Below are positions 10,387 through 18,968 of a stretch of DNA of 64,000 nucleotides, in pieces. The translations under genes were made by a program, and so were the position numbers. The first letter of the stretch is position 1; every line of letters begins with the position of its first letter. Source of the stretch: Bacteroidales bacterium (lineage in GTDB: Bacteria > Bacteroidota > Bacteroidia > Bacteroidales > FEN-979); contig JALNWE010000008.1 of the NCBI GenBank assembly GCA_023231065.1, positions 3,308 to 67,307 on the forward strand, read 5' to 3'. The notes beneath the pieces were generated by a model. The model searched no databases and was not told the origin of the DNA. It saw nothing but the letters and a program-made list of their open reading frames with translations.

Positions 10387-12081
10387 ATGTCCAGATTTGC
10401 TAAACCAGTTCCCGGAGTCCTTGCCTCCCTTATCTTTTTCACTTTTTTGGTACAGACTTCCGCACAGGATTTGAAAACTGCCATTAAACTGACTAAGAGT
10501 GAACAATTCGCCGCCGCCAGTTCCATGTTTAAAACCCTGATACAGAAAACACCCAGCGATGGTGATCTATATTATTATTACGGGCGGAGTTTATTGGATA
10601 AATATTATTCTGACACGCTCAATCTTTCATTTGAAGAGAAAGCGGATTCGGCAAAAGCTATTTACGAATCCGGTATTAAACAGGATCCTGCAAATCCCCT
10701 GAACTATATTGGTATGGGTGGATTATCCCTTATAAAAAAACAAATCCCGGCAGCCCAGGAGTATTTTTCCAAGGCCCTGTCTTTAATGCCCTCAAAGGCT
10801 AATAAAACCATTAAAATGGAACCCTCCCGCCAGGGATTGGTCCTCATTCAGATGGCTGAGGCTTATGTGACGGCAAATGTCGCTGACACCGCCAATGTTT
10901 TTTCCATCTTGCGCAATGCTGAAAAGCTCGACAGTAAAAATCCTGAACTTTACATCGTCAAAGGGGATGTTTATTTTTATCTGTTGAACGACGGGTCAAA
11001 AGCTATTTCGAATTATAACATGGCCCAGGCGCTGGACCCTACATCCCCGGAAGCCAAATTACGGGTTGGCCTGTTATGGCTACGCGCCAGGCAATATACC
11101 AACGCGCTGAATTATTACGCGGAGGTTGTAAAAATGGATTCCACCTTTGCACCGGCTTACCGTGAGTTGGGATCGTTACTCTCGCGTGCCGGCAGACAGG
11201 AAGAAGCCAAAGTTAATTTTTATAAATTTCTGGAGCTTTCGCGCAATGTTTCAGCCCGCAAACAATTTGTGAATACCCTGATCGATCTTAACGATTATCC
11301 CGAAGCCATTGTCCAATTGAAAGAAATTTTAAAGGTGGATACGAATGACAATGATGTTAACCGGGCCCTGGCTTATTCTTATTTTGAAACCCAGCAATAT
11401 GACAAAGCGCTTGCTTCCATCCGGAAATTTATCGCCCATGCCAATACCTCAAAGATACGTCCTCTCGATTACATTTATTATGGCAGGACTTTGGCAAAAC
11501 TGAAAATGGATTCCCTTGCGCCGGAACAACTTTTAAAGGCCTATGGCATGGATACGACCAAAGCAGAGCTTATTTCTGAAGCCGCCTTATGCTGGACCAA
11601 GATTAAGAAATACGACAAGGCCAGGGAGTTATATGAGAAGAAAATCATTTTAAACAAGGCGACGGGTATGGATTATTATAACCTTGGCAAAGTTTATTAC
11701 AGTATTCAGGATTATGTGAAAGCGGATACCAACCTGGCCATTTTCAACAACATGCAGCCCGAATATGTGCAGGGATGGGTATGGCGCGCCAGGGCCAAAT
11801 CAAACCTTGATCCCGAAAGTCAGGCCGGCTTGGCAAAGCCAATCTATGAAACCATATTGGAAAAGACCCAGGCTGATACCGCCAAATATGTAAAAGAGAG
11901 AATAGAATCGATGTACTTTCTGGCCTTTTATAATTTTTTGCAATACAATCAGACAAAGAACAAAGAATTTGCCATCAAGGCGGTGGAATACGGGACACGG
12001 ATCAATGCCATTGATCCCACTGATGATAAAGCTGAGAAATCCAAGCAAATCATAGATGTTTTGAAAGACAAGATCAAATAA
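10387..12081 (+). CDS. Secreted TPR-repeat protein
   Basis: 564 aa with a signal peptide (LIFFTFLVQTSAQD) and many 34-aa-type helical repeats with A..Y/A..A.P spacing (for example AISNYNMAQALDPTSPEA, ALNYYAEVVKMDSTFAPAY). Confidence 0.8.
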   Translation: MSRFAKPVPGVLASLIFFTFLVQTSAQDLKTAIKLTKSEQFAAASSMFKTLIQKTPSDGDLYYYYGRSLLDKYYSDTLNLSFEEKADSAKAIYESGIKQDPANPLNYIGMGGLSLIKKQIPAAQEYFSKALSLMPSKANKTIKMEPSRQGLVLIQMAEAYVTANVADTANVFSILRNAEKLDSKNPELYIVKGDVYFYLLNDGSKAISNYNMAQALDPTSPEAKLRVGLLWLRARQYTNALNYYAEVVKMDSTFAPAYRELGSLLSRAGRQEEAKVNFYKFLELSRNVSARKQFVNTLIDLNDYPEAIVQLKEILKVDTNDNDVNRALAYSYFETQQYDKALASIRKFIAHANTSKIRPLDYIYYGRTLAKLKMDSLAPEQLLKAYGMDTTKAELISEAALCWTKIKKYDKARELYEKKIILNKATGMDYYNLGKVYYSIQDYVKADTNLAIFNNMQPEYVQGWVWRARAKSNLDPESQAGLAKPIYETILEKTQADTAKYVKERIESMYFLAFYNFLQYNQTKNKEFAIKAVEYGTRINAIDPTDDKAEKSKQIIDVLKDKIK

Positions 12082-12109
12082 CAATTTTTATTTCTTTTTA
12101 TATTTTTTT

Positions 12110-12117
12110 TACCTTTG
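12110..12117 (+). promoter_or_regulatory. Candidate -7 promoter element (TACCTTTG)
   Basis: TAnnTTTG match 59 nt upstream of the exbB ATG 12177, preceded by a T-rich tract. Confidence 0.35.
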
Positions 12118-12176
12118 CAGGCCTATTATTAAGAAATTCAATAATTCAAACATTTTTTAATCTAAAACTTTTTACG

Positions 12177-12998
12177 ATGAGCAAGAAAAATAGCAAAGGC
12201 GGATCTTTGGGTGCCGCTTTACAGTCAACATTCACTGTGTTAGCGATTGTTTTGGCTTTCATAGTAGGTTTCCTGGTTTTTAAGTTTATCTTCGGAAACC
12301 CGGTGAACTTTGAAGGTGGCAACAATAAAGGGATGCCACTTAATGGTAGTTTATTAGGGACTATCTATAAAGGAGGTGTGATTGTTCCGTTCCTTATTGG
12401 GCTCAACCTGCTGGTTATTATCTTTTCTATTGAAAGGGGTATTACGCTGGTACGCGCCAAGGGAAAAGGCAGAATCAATGTGTTTGTAAAAAGTTTGCAG
12501 AATTTCCTCGATGGAAATAAAATTGAAGACGCTGTTGCTGCCTGCGACAAACAACGCGGTTCATTGGCCAATGTAATGAAAGCCGGCCTTCTCCGTTATC
12601 GCACATTACAGAATGATGTCAATCTGGTGAAAGATCAAAAGATCCTTTCACTCCAGAAAGAATTTGAAGAAGCTTCGGCCCTTGAGCTCCCGATGCTTTC
12701 GCGAAACCTGGTTATCCTTTCCACCATCGCTTCAATCTCCGTACTGACCGGTCTTATGGGAACGGTACTTGGTATGATCAAGGCCTTTGCCGCTCTTGCA
12801 ACTGCTGGTTCGCCTGATGCGCTTGCCCTTGCAACCGGTATTTCCGAGGCCCTTGTCAATACTGCATTCGGTATCTTCGGATCCCTGATGGCCATCGTGG
12901 CTTACAATTTCTTTTCCACCCAGATTGATAACTTTACTTTCAAAATTGACGAAGCCGGATTCAGCCTTGTTCAGTCATTTGCAGCTGGCGCCAAGTAA
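12177..12998 (+). CDS. exbB: MotA/TolQ/ExbB-family proton channel
   Basis: 273 aa with the C-terminal conserved helices LSTIASISVLTGLMGTVLGMIKAF and ISEALVNTAFGIFGSLMAIVAYNFF. It is followed by two exbD genes and tonB. Confidence 0.9.
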   Translation: MSKKNSKGGSLGAALQSTFTVLAIVLAFIVGFLVFKFIFGNPVNFEGGNNKGMPLNGSLLGTIYKGGVIVPFLIGLNLLVIIFSIERGITLVRAKGKGRINVFVKSLQNFLDGNKIEDAVAACDKQRGSLANVMKAGLLRYRTLQNDVNLVKDQKILSLQKEFEEASALELPMLSRNLVILSTIASISVLTGLMGTVLGMIKAFAALATAGSPDALALATGISEALVNTAFGIFGSLMAIVAYNFFSTQIDNFTFKIDEAGFSLVQSFAAGAK

Positions 12999-13017
12999 TT
13001 AAAAAAAGTAGAACCCT

Positions 13018-13653
13018 ATGCCAAAAATTAAATCTCCCGCAAGATCTCCGCACATAGACATGACGCCTATGGTGGATTTATTTTCCTTGCTGCTTACTTT
13101 TTTCATGTTGACCGCTACATTTCGTCCCCAGGAAGCCACTCCGATTACAACCCCTTCATCGGTTTCGGAAAAGACCATCCCGGATAATGACCTCATGACA
13201 ATTTTTGTCGCTAAAGACGGGAAAGTTTTCTTTAACATTGACAATGGTAAAGATACCACTACCCACTTCAGGAAGAAATTGCTTGAAAAAATTGGCGAAC
13301 AGTATAAAATAACCTTTACCCCCCAGGAACTGGACAAATTCGGGACTATGGCTGCATTTGGTATGCCGGTTAAGGATATCAGGGCCTGGCTTAGCGAGAG
13401 TGATTCGAAATTACGCGAAAAACACATGGTGGGTATCCCGATGGATTCGACCGATAACCAGTTAGCGTGGTGGGTCCGTCTGGCCCGTCTGACGAATACC
13501 TCTGCTGAAGTCGCTATCAAAGGGGATGGAGAAACCAATTATACTGACGTGAAAAAAGTCATGGACCTGCTCCAGGAAAACAAGGTAAATAAGTTTAATC
13601 TCGTTACCAATCTGGCAAAAGAAGAAGTTTTGTTGAAAGATTTACCAAAGTAA
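13018..13653 (+). CDS. exbD: ExbD/TolR-family biopolymer transport protein
   Basis: 211 aa with the N-terminal signature HIDMTPMVDLFSLLLTFFML (single TM) and a periplasmic domain ending in TNYTDVKKVMDLL. Confidence 0.88.
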   Translation: MPKIKSPARSPHIDMTPMVDLFSLLLTFFMLTATFRPQEATPITTPSSVSEKTIPDNDLMTIFVAKDGKVFFNIDNGKDTTTHFRKKLLEKIGEQYKITFTPQELDKFGTMAAFGMPVKDIRAWLSESDSKLREKHMVGIPMDSTDNQLAWWVRLARLTNTSAEVAIKGDGETNYTDVKKVMDLLQENKVNKFNLVTNLAKEEVLLKDLPK

Positions 13654-13689
13654 GGTAACCTGCTATTAATCCCAAAAACATAAACCAAT

Positions 13690-14328
13690 ATGGGTGAAAT
13701 TATTCAAGAGGAAAAAGGGAAAAAGGGTGGAAAGCGTAAAGTAAAGAAACAAAGCACCCGCATCGATATGACCCCCATGGTCGACCTGATGTGTTTGCTT
13801 ATCACCTTCTTCATGCTTACCACAGCTTTTAGCAAGGCCAAGGTCATGGTAATCACCATGCCTGAAAAAGATCAAACAAATGAACCTAAGAATGCCCCGA
13901 GAATCTCCGCTGAACGGACGCTGAATATTCTCCTTACAGATGGCGATAAGGTCTATTTTTATCAAGGTCTTGCCGATCCTAAAAAACCGCCATTACCCCA
14001 ACTGGTTAAATCTGATTTCAGCAAAGACGGTATTCGCAAAGTATTGTTACTGAGAAATAAAGATCTCTTTACTAAGATTGCAGAATACCGTGAAAAACGA
14101 TTGACCGGAAAAATAGTGGTAGCGGATACAACAGCCGATAATGCAATCAAGAGTTTTAAAAAAGAGGACCGTAAGGGACCGATTGTATTGATCAAGGCTG
14201 ACGATAAAACAAAGTACAAGGACATCGTTAATATCATCGACGAAATGGCCATCTGCAACATTGCAAGTTATGCCATTGTGGATCTTTCTCCCGTGGAGAT
14301 TGAAATGTTAAAGAATGCTCCTAAATAA
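13690..14328 (+). CDS. exbD: ExbD/TolR-family biopolymer transport protein (second copy)
   Basis: 212 aa with RIDMTPMVDLMCLLITFFML and TKYKDIVNIIDEM. It is a paralog of the preceding gene. Confidence 0.88.
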   Translation: MGEIIQEEKGKKGGKRKVKKQSTRIDMTPMVDLMCLLITFFMLTTAFSKAKVMVITMPEKDQTNEPKNAPRISAERTLNILLTDGDKVYFYQGLADPKKPPLPQLVKSDFSKDGIRKVLLLRNKDLFTKIAEYREKRLTGKIVVADTTADNAIKSFKKEDRKGPIVLIKADDKTKYKDIVNIIDEMAICNIASYAIVDLSPVEIEMLKNAPK

Positions 14329-14368
14329 TTCAAGATGATGTTTTTTAACACTTTAAAAACCTATTTGT

Positions 14369-15151
14369 ATGGCAATTGAAAAACAGCATGTTGAGCCGCT
14401 GGATGAAATTGTTTTCAAGAGCAGGAACAAGGAGTATGGGTCCTACATGCTTCGTAAAAAATACAGGAGATATGTAACCATATCCTTGCTTATCGGACTC
14501 CTGATTTTGAGTTGCGTGGTTGGCTATCCTTTGATAGATGCTTATCGGACTAAAAGCAAATTAATCAGGGAGCGTGAAAAGGTAGTAGGCGTGACCATGG
14601 ATAACCTGAAGCAGGAAGAAGCCCCACCCCCGCCACCCCCGCCACCTCCTCCTGAAGCCCTGGTGGAAAAAGTAAAATTCACGGCGCCGGTCGTTGTCGA
14701 AGACACAACCATCGAAACAGGCCTTGCCACCCAGGATGACCTCTCTGCTAAGGTTAATACCGATGTGCCCACCGAAGAGGTTGAAGTTGAAATAAAGGAG
14801 GAAGCCCCCAAAGTTATCGAAACCCCTGTACAGGCAGAGATTTTTACAGTTGTTGAAGAACAACCCGGTTATCCCGGCGGGGAAGAAGCGCGTATCTCAT
14901 TTTTGCAGTCGAATATCAAATATCCTCAGGAAGCCAAGGAATTGGGTATCCAGGGAAAGGTTTTCGTGACCTTCGTTGTGGAGGTTGACGGGTCTATCTC
15001 CGATGTAAGGGTCCTTCGCGGAATTGGAGGCGGTTGCGATGATGAGGCTATCCGCGTCGTTAAATCAATGCCCAAATGGATCCCCGGGAAACAACGGGGA
15101 GTCCCTGTAAGGGTTCAGTTTAACCTTCCAATCAAGTTTACGCTACAGTAA
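14369..15151 (+). CDS. tonB: Energy transducer TonB
   Basis: 260 aa with an N-terminal TM, an uninterrupted run of 10 Pro and a C-terminal TonB_C domain (YPQEAKELGIQGKVFVTFVVEVDGSISDVRVLRG...). Confidence 0.9.
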   Translation: MAIEKQHVEPLDEIVFKSRNKEYGSYMLRKKYRRYVTISLLIGLLILSCVVGYPLIDAYRTKSKLIREREKVVGVTMDNLKQEEAPPPPPPPPPPEALVEKVKFTAPVVVEDTTIETGLATQDDLSAKVNTDVPTEEVEVEIKEEAPKVIETPVQAEIFTVVEEQPGYPGGEEARISFLQSNIKYPQEAKELGIQGKVFVTFVVEVDGSISDVRVLRGIGGGCDDEAIRVVKSMPKWIPGKQRGVPVRVQFNLPIKFTLQ

Positions 15152-15173
15152 AAGTTTTAGATTATTCTAAAAA

Positions 15174-15204
15174 AGGCGGGTTGTTTTTCAGCCCGCCTTT
15201 TTTA
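15174..15204 (+). terminator. Rho-independent terminator of the exb/tonB operon
   Basis: aggcgggttg (15174-15183) pairs with cagcccgcct (15189-15198): 10 bp with one G-U pair and a 5-nt T loop. A T-tract follows. It lies 23 nt after the tonB stop. Confidence 0.8.
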
Positions 15205-15210
15205 GTGTGT

Positions 15211-15243
15211 GTGTGCCCTGCATGAGCATCATGCAGCGCACAC
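15211..15243. other. Long near-perfect hairpin immediately after the terminator
   Basis: gtgtgccctgcatga / gca / tcatgcagcgcacac gives 15-bp arms with one mismatch and a 3-nt loop. It is preceded by a (gt)n run. Confidence 0.6.
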
Positions 15244-15321
15244 TTGTTGTAAACTGTTGAAAAAGATTAAAAATACAAATGTTTTTTCAAGGGCCAAAAA
15301 CAAGTGTGTGACTTTCCAGCG

Positions 15322-15680
15322 GGTGAAAACCCCTTATATGTCGGGGTAAGACCTGAAAGTGTTTGCAAGCCGCAAGTGGGTTCCGGATTGTTCTTACGTA
15401 TCGAAAAGACGAACATGGGCAATACCAACTGGTGGCATCGGAAAAGAGTTGGAAACGGTTCAAAACGGACCTGAAAGCGATTACCCGGGAAACGGCTCCA
15501 TATTCATTCGATGAACGAATCCGAAAGCTGAAAGAGGTGCAGCGGGGATGGGTGAATTATTTCCGTATGGCTGGTAATCACTGCAAACTCAAAGGCCTTG
15601 ACGGCTGGTTCCGTAACCGGTTGAGATATTGTATCTGGCACGATTGGAACCGAGCGAAGCGAGTTCATGAACACAAATAA
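15322..15680 (+). pseudogene. Group II intron reverse transcriptase/maturase remnant (thumb/X domain only, frameshifted)
   Basis: ORF 15363..15680 reads ...EKSWKRFKTDLKAITRE...KLKEVQRGWVNYFRMAG...LDGWFRNRLRYCIWHDWNRAKR. This matches the maturase pattern (RGW.NYF, R.RLR.CIWKQW). An adjacent frame upstream reads VRPESVCKP, similar to the RT-7/linker pattern. There are no fingers/palm RT motifs, no ATG and no recognisable domain V/VI. Confidence 0.7.
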
Positions 15681-15728
15681 AGTAGTGTGAGAGGCTCTCC
15701 CTGCCGGCGATGCCGGATGAAGACATGG

Positions 15729-17891
15729 CTATTTCCTGATGATAATAATTCTCTTCACCCAAGTGTCTTCGCTTGTACTCACTCTGAGAAAATACATTCC
15801 GGGCGCAAATCCGCTTACATCTATATTCGCATTGACCACGCCGGCCGGGCTGCTACCCTTCTCATCTGTAGTAAAATTCTTAAATGAACGGCTCAGAAGC
15901 ACATTTGACCTGAGATCGAGGAGCTTGATCTCTCCTTGCTGTTTTAATCCACTACCACGGATCTCAACATGCAACACATCTGTGGCAGGAATGGGAAATA
16001 TGTTTATCTGCTTGCGGATGTCATTTTCCTGTATGCCAACAGTGGCGTAATAGGAGGCATCCCAGCCATCTCCCCGTATCGCGTTGTTGGTGTTGAACAT
16101 GACGAGCATTCGCCCGGAAGATGCAGTGACAGGTGCAGGCATGGTCGTATAATTGCCTGAATAAACACCCAGCAGATCTCCGCTCACATTATCATAAATG
16201 ATCACCGAATCCTTATCGGGTTCAGTATTGAATTTGCTGAAGTTCAGTGTCACGCTGTTTGCATTTGGAGGGATGATCTCCCATTTGCAGTTGCCTGAGT
16301 TGCGGTATTTGAACCTGGAACTGCCGTCGGTGAAATTGCCGGAAGCTGCGGTCAGGAATGTTGTTTCCGTGCAGAAATCATAGAGTGTCGAGTTGTATTC
16401 GGCCAGGAAGCCCTGGTCGCCTGCACCGCTTCCTGAATTGAAGGTGACCAGCATAGCGGACCCGGACGAAGTAATATCGGCGGGCAGGGAGTGTCCTGAA
16501 TACGTTGCCAGCAAAGGGGATAAAGTAGTTGAGCCATCGTAGATTTTCACCAGGTCCGATACATTGGTGGCAAACCTTACAAAGTTCAGGGTGACGTTCT
16601 TCACGCTGTCATCGGCATTGATAAGCCAGCTACAGTTTGAACCCGGGAGATAATTGGCAAATGGACCGCTACCATCCTCAATGCTGCCGCTGGTTGAATT
16701 TGAAACCGTATCGGCGCCGGGACAGTATGCCGGATAATGGGCAGGACTGGGCTGTATATTGAGTATAGCTATCTGATCATCGTTATAGGTAGTGGTTCCG
16801 GGGTTCAGGTTATTCAGGTAAAAGTATCCGTTGTAAGAGCCGTTCCATCCCCAGTTCATATGAAAAAAATCGGTACCCTGATAGCCGTCGCATATCCAGC
16901 CGTGACCGCCATACGGGCCTTGTCCACCGTATTGTATAGGCCTTGAAGCATCCAGATCGTCTTTAAGCAGGGCAATCCATTCGGAAGCAGTGTAGTCATA
17001 ACGGTTCAGATACAGTACCGATGGGGAATATCCGAAATAGGTGACCAAGGCCTGGGAAACATTACAAAAAGAAGCACTGGAGGTATTCGTTCCATAACTC
17101 ATGTCAATGGATATCCCAGTATGATAACTCAGGAGCGCCATGGCATCGGATTCGTCAAGCTGGCTTCGGTTCATACTGTTCCAGTCATACTTTGTTGCAC
17201 CGAAGTCAGCGCATTGCGGACCGTAAACAGCGGCGGCATTATCGCAATGATAACCCTGTCCCATATCGGGATATCTCCAGTAATGCATGATCATGCTCAT
17301 GGCTGTGGCAACGCAACCCACAGGAACATGTCCGTAAGGACCGGCAGAATCGGCCGGGCACATGGCATTATACGGGAAATACTGGTGCCAGGTATCACTG
17401 ATGAGAGGCTGAACTTCGAGAGGTAAGTAATCCGTCCCTGATCCCGGGGTTTTCTTAATCAACAAACCCGACCAGGCTTCCGATATCCGGGAATCGGGTT
17501 GAAGCCCGGATGATCTCACATGTTTGATTTCATTCGCATAATGATTCATCCAGAAACTGAATTCGGGAGAGAGGTGGTCAGGCGAATACGAAGTTTCATA
17601 GGAATAAGCCAGAACAGGATACACGGCATCATCGGCAGAAACAATGACAAATTCGTTTCCGGAAAAATTAAAAATATAATAAAATGGGGAATTCGCATCA
17701 CCTACCGTGAATTCAGAGACAACAGTTGTTTTTGCAAAATCCGCCATCTTATACATGCTGTAATTCCGGCTTAAAAACTTTCGGCCGGCAATCCTCGCCT
17801 GATCAATATCAACCCGGGAAGCGAAACCAGCTAAATTAAAAAACAGGGATATAAGCGACAAACAAAGTACAAGTCTTCTCATTATAAACAT
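15729..17891 (-). CDS. Secreted C10-family (streptopain-like) cysteine peptidase with two CUB-like modules and a T9SS C-terminal sorting domain
   Basis: 720 aa with a signal peptide. The catalytic Cys context is PVGCVATAMSMIMHYW and the His context is GGHGWICDGY. There are two ~110-aa CUB-like repeats (GSIEDGSGPFANYLPGSNCSWLI...VKIYDG...GFLAEYN; GNFTDGSSRFKYRNSGNCKWEI...VIIYDN...GWDASYY). The C-terminus is INIFPIPATDVLHVEI...MYFLRV. Confidence 0.87.
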   Translation of the reverse strand: MFIMRRLVLCLSLISLFFNLAGFASRVDIDQARIAGRKFLSRNYSMYKMADFAKTTVVSEFTVGDANSPFYYIFNFSGNEFVIVSADDAVYPVLAYSYETSYSPDHLSPEFSFWMNHYANEIKHVRSSGLQPDSRISEAWSGLLIKKTPGSGTDYLPLEVQPLISDTWHQYFPYNAMCPADSAGPYGHVPVGCVATAMSMIMHYWRYPDMGQGYHCDNAAAVYGPQCADFGATKYDWNSMNRSQLDESDAMALLSYHTGISIDMSYGTNTSSASFCNVSQALVTYFGYSPSVLYLNRYDYTASEWIALLKDDLDASRPIQYGGQGPYGGHGWICDGYQGTDFFHMNWGWNGSYNGYFYLNNLNPGTTTYNDDQIAILNIQPSPAHYPAYCPGADTVSNSTSGSIEDGSGPFANYLPGSNCSWLINADDSVKNVTLNFVRFATNVSDLVKIYDGSTTLSPLLATYSGHSLPADITSSGSAMLVTFNSGSGAGDQGFLAEYNSTLYDFCTETTFLTAASGNFTDGSSRFKYRNSGNCKWEIIPPNANSVTLNFSKFNTEPDKDSVIIYDNVSGDLLGVYSGNYTTMPAPVTASSGRMLVMFNTNNAIRGDGWDASYYATVGIQENDIRKQINIFPIPATDVLHVEIRGSGLKQQGEIKLLDLRSNVLLSRSFKNFTTDEKGSSPAGVVNANIDVSGFAPGMYFLRVSTSEDTWVKRIIIIRK

Positions 17892-18348
17892 AGAATTTCA
17901 CGGTAAATTACCGGGCGTATATTACGAATAAGTAGCTCCCTCAAAAATAGTATTTTTATTTCCGAGCAAAGTATATTTTTGCTGATTAAATTTTTGCATT
18001 GCTTCAAGTATAAGCGGGAGCTCTCTTTTCTTTTTTGGAGTAAATGAACAACATTAAAATTTATCAACACAACACAAACATAATGAAATATTTTTTATTT
18101 TTACAGTTGCGTAACTTTTTACAAAAAAAATGAACCTTTACCTTCCAAGGCCAATCATGCACCTCCTCTAAGCCTTGTATAGATCTTGTCTGAGGCTTCG
18201 TTCCTGATAAAGTTGGCCACCTGCCGGCAGGGCTCGCTTTATTGTAGATCCGGAAAATACCGTTAGGGTAATATTCATTAACCATGAAATTTTTCAACAA
18301 ATTGAAATGGTTTATCAACATTTTCGACCTGTGCCCTCCAATGATCCT

Positions 18349-18381
18349 CCAATTAAAGACCAATTAAAGACCAATTAAAGA
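18349..18381. repeat. Tandem repeat, 3 x 11 bp (ccaattaaaga)
   Basis: Three perfect contiguous copies at 18349-18359, 18360-18370 and 18371-18381. Confidence 0.95.
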
Positions 18382-18445
18382 CCAATGATCCTCTAACCGT
18401 TCTCCCATCTCCTCCAATGGTCCTCCCATCTTTCTCCCATCTTCT

Positions 18446-18508
18446 CCAATGGTTCTCCCTGTGTTTCCAATGGTTCTCCCTGTGTTTCCAATGGTTCTCC
18501 CTGTGTTT
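18446..18508. repeat. Tandem repeat, 3 x 21 bp (ccaatggttctccctgtgttt)
   Basis: Three perfect contiguous copies at 18446-18466, 18467-18487 and 18488-18508. They sit in a wider tract (18338-18515) containing about 11 CCAAT(G/T) units. Confidence 0.95.
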
Positions 18509-18530
18509 CCAATATGATTATACTACCAAA

Positions 18531-18956
18531 TCAATTTGCTAACATCTTAGCTATAATAACTCCAATTATAAATATGAATAATGGTGTAAATATTATACAT
18601 AAGAAGAAATTGAAAAATAACTTACCATTACGGTACTTGTATTTTGACATAAATATTTGATATTTATTCTTCCAAAGGACAAGATAATAATGTATCACAA
18701 ACCAAGGTAGCATAAAAAAAACTAATGCACTTAAAGTATTCTCTAAGAACCCATTTTGAAAAAGATTTAAGTGAGGCCATGGAAGACCTAATATGCGACC
18801 AATAAATCCATATAGAAACATAGAAAAGCCCCCAAATGAAACTACCATAAATAGCATCAACATAAATTTCCAATAAAGATTCGACTCAGGAAATCGTTCT
18901 TGCATCCGCTTGATGCCATCAGTCCAAACTGAATAATACAATTTATTAAGCAACAT
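18531..18956 (-). CDS. Small polytopic membrane protein, candidate immunity protein of the orphan Rhs cassette
   Basis: 141 aa with about 3-4 hydrophobic helices. It starts 13 nt downstream of the orphan toxin-cassette stop (18969). Size and topology match the ORF following the full-length rhs gene (21213..21623). Confidence 0.55.
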   Translation of the reverse strand: MLLNKLYYSVWTDGIKRMQERFPESNLYWKFMLMLFMVVSFGGFSMFLYGFIGRILGLPWPHLNLFQNGFLENTLSALVFFMLPWFVIHYYLVLWKNKYQIFMSKYKYRNGKLFFNFFLCIIFTPLFIFIIGVIIAKMLAN

Positions 18957-18968
18957 TGTTTTTATAAA

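Noticed and set aside
12999-13538. 179-aa minus-strand ORF, and similar long antisense ORFs (6219..6671, 29269..29769, 30393..30866, 34014..34481, 40262..40720, 45780..46307, 55608..56177)
   Set aside because: Each is fully embedded in or antisense to a gene with strong family signatures. They have odd Arg/Pro/Gly-rich composition and no motifs, and are typical shadow ORFs.
14542-14863. Two minus-strand ORFs (89 and 100 aa), one with a poly-Gly run
   Set aside because: They are antisense shadows of tonB. The Gly run mirrors the CCN Pro-run of the TonB linker.
15687-16050. Plus-strand ORFs 15687..15887 and 15739..16050 as a continuation of the intron-encoded protein
   Set aside because: They overlap the well-supported C10 peptidase T9SS domain on the opposite strand and show no maturase or endonuclease motifs.
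17882-18363. Minus-strand ORFs 17882..18070 and 18064..18363 upstream of the C10 peptidase
   Set aside because: They are AT-rich with low-complexity Lys/Asn/Phe-rich translations, overlap the likely promoter region and show no family resemblance.
18446-18508. Possible CRISPR array because of perfect 21-bp direct repeats
   Set aside because: The copies are contiguous with no spacers, there are only three units, and there are no cas genes. It is a plain tandem repeat.
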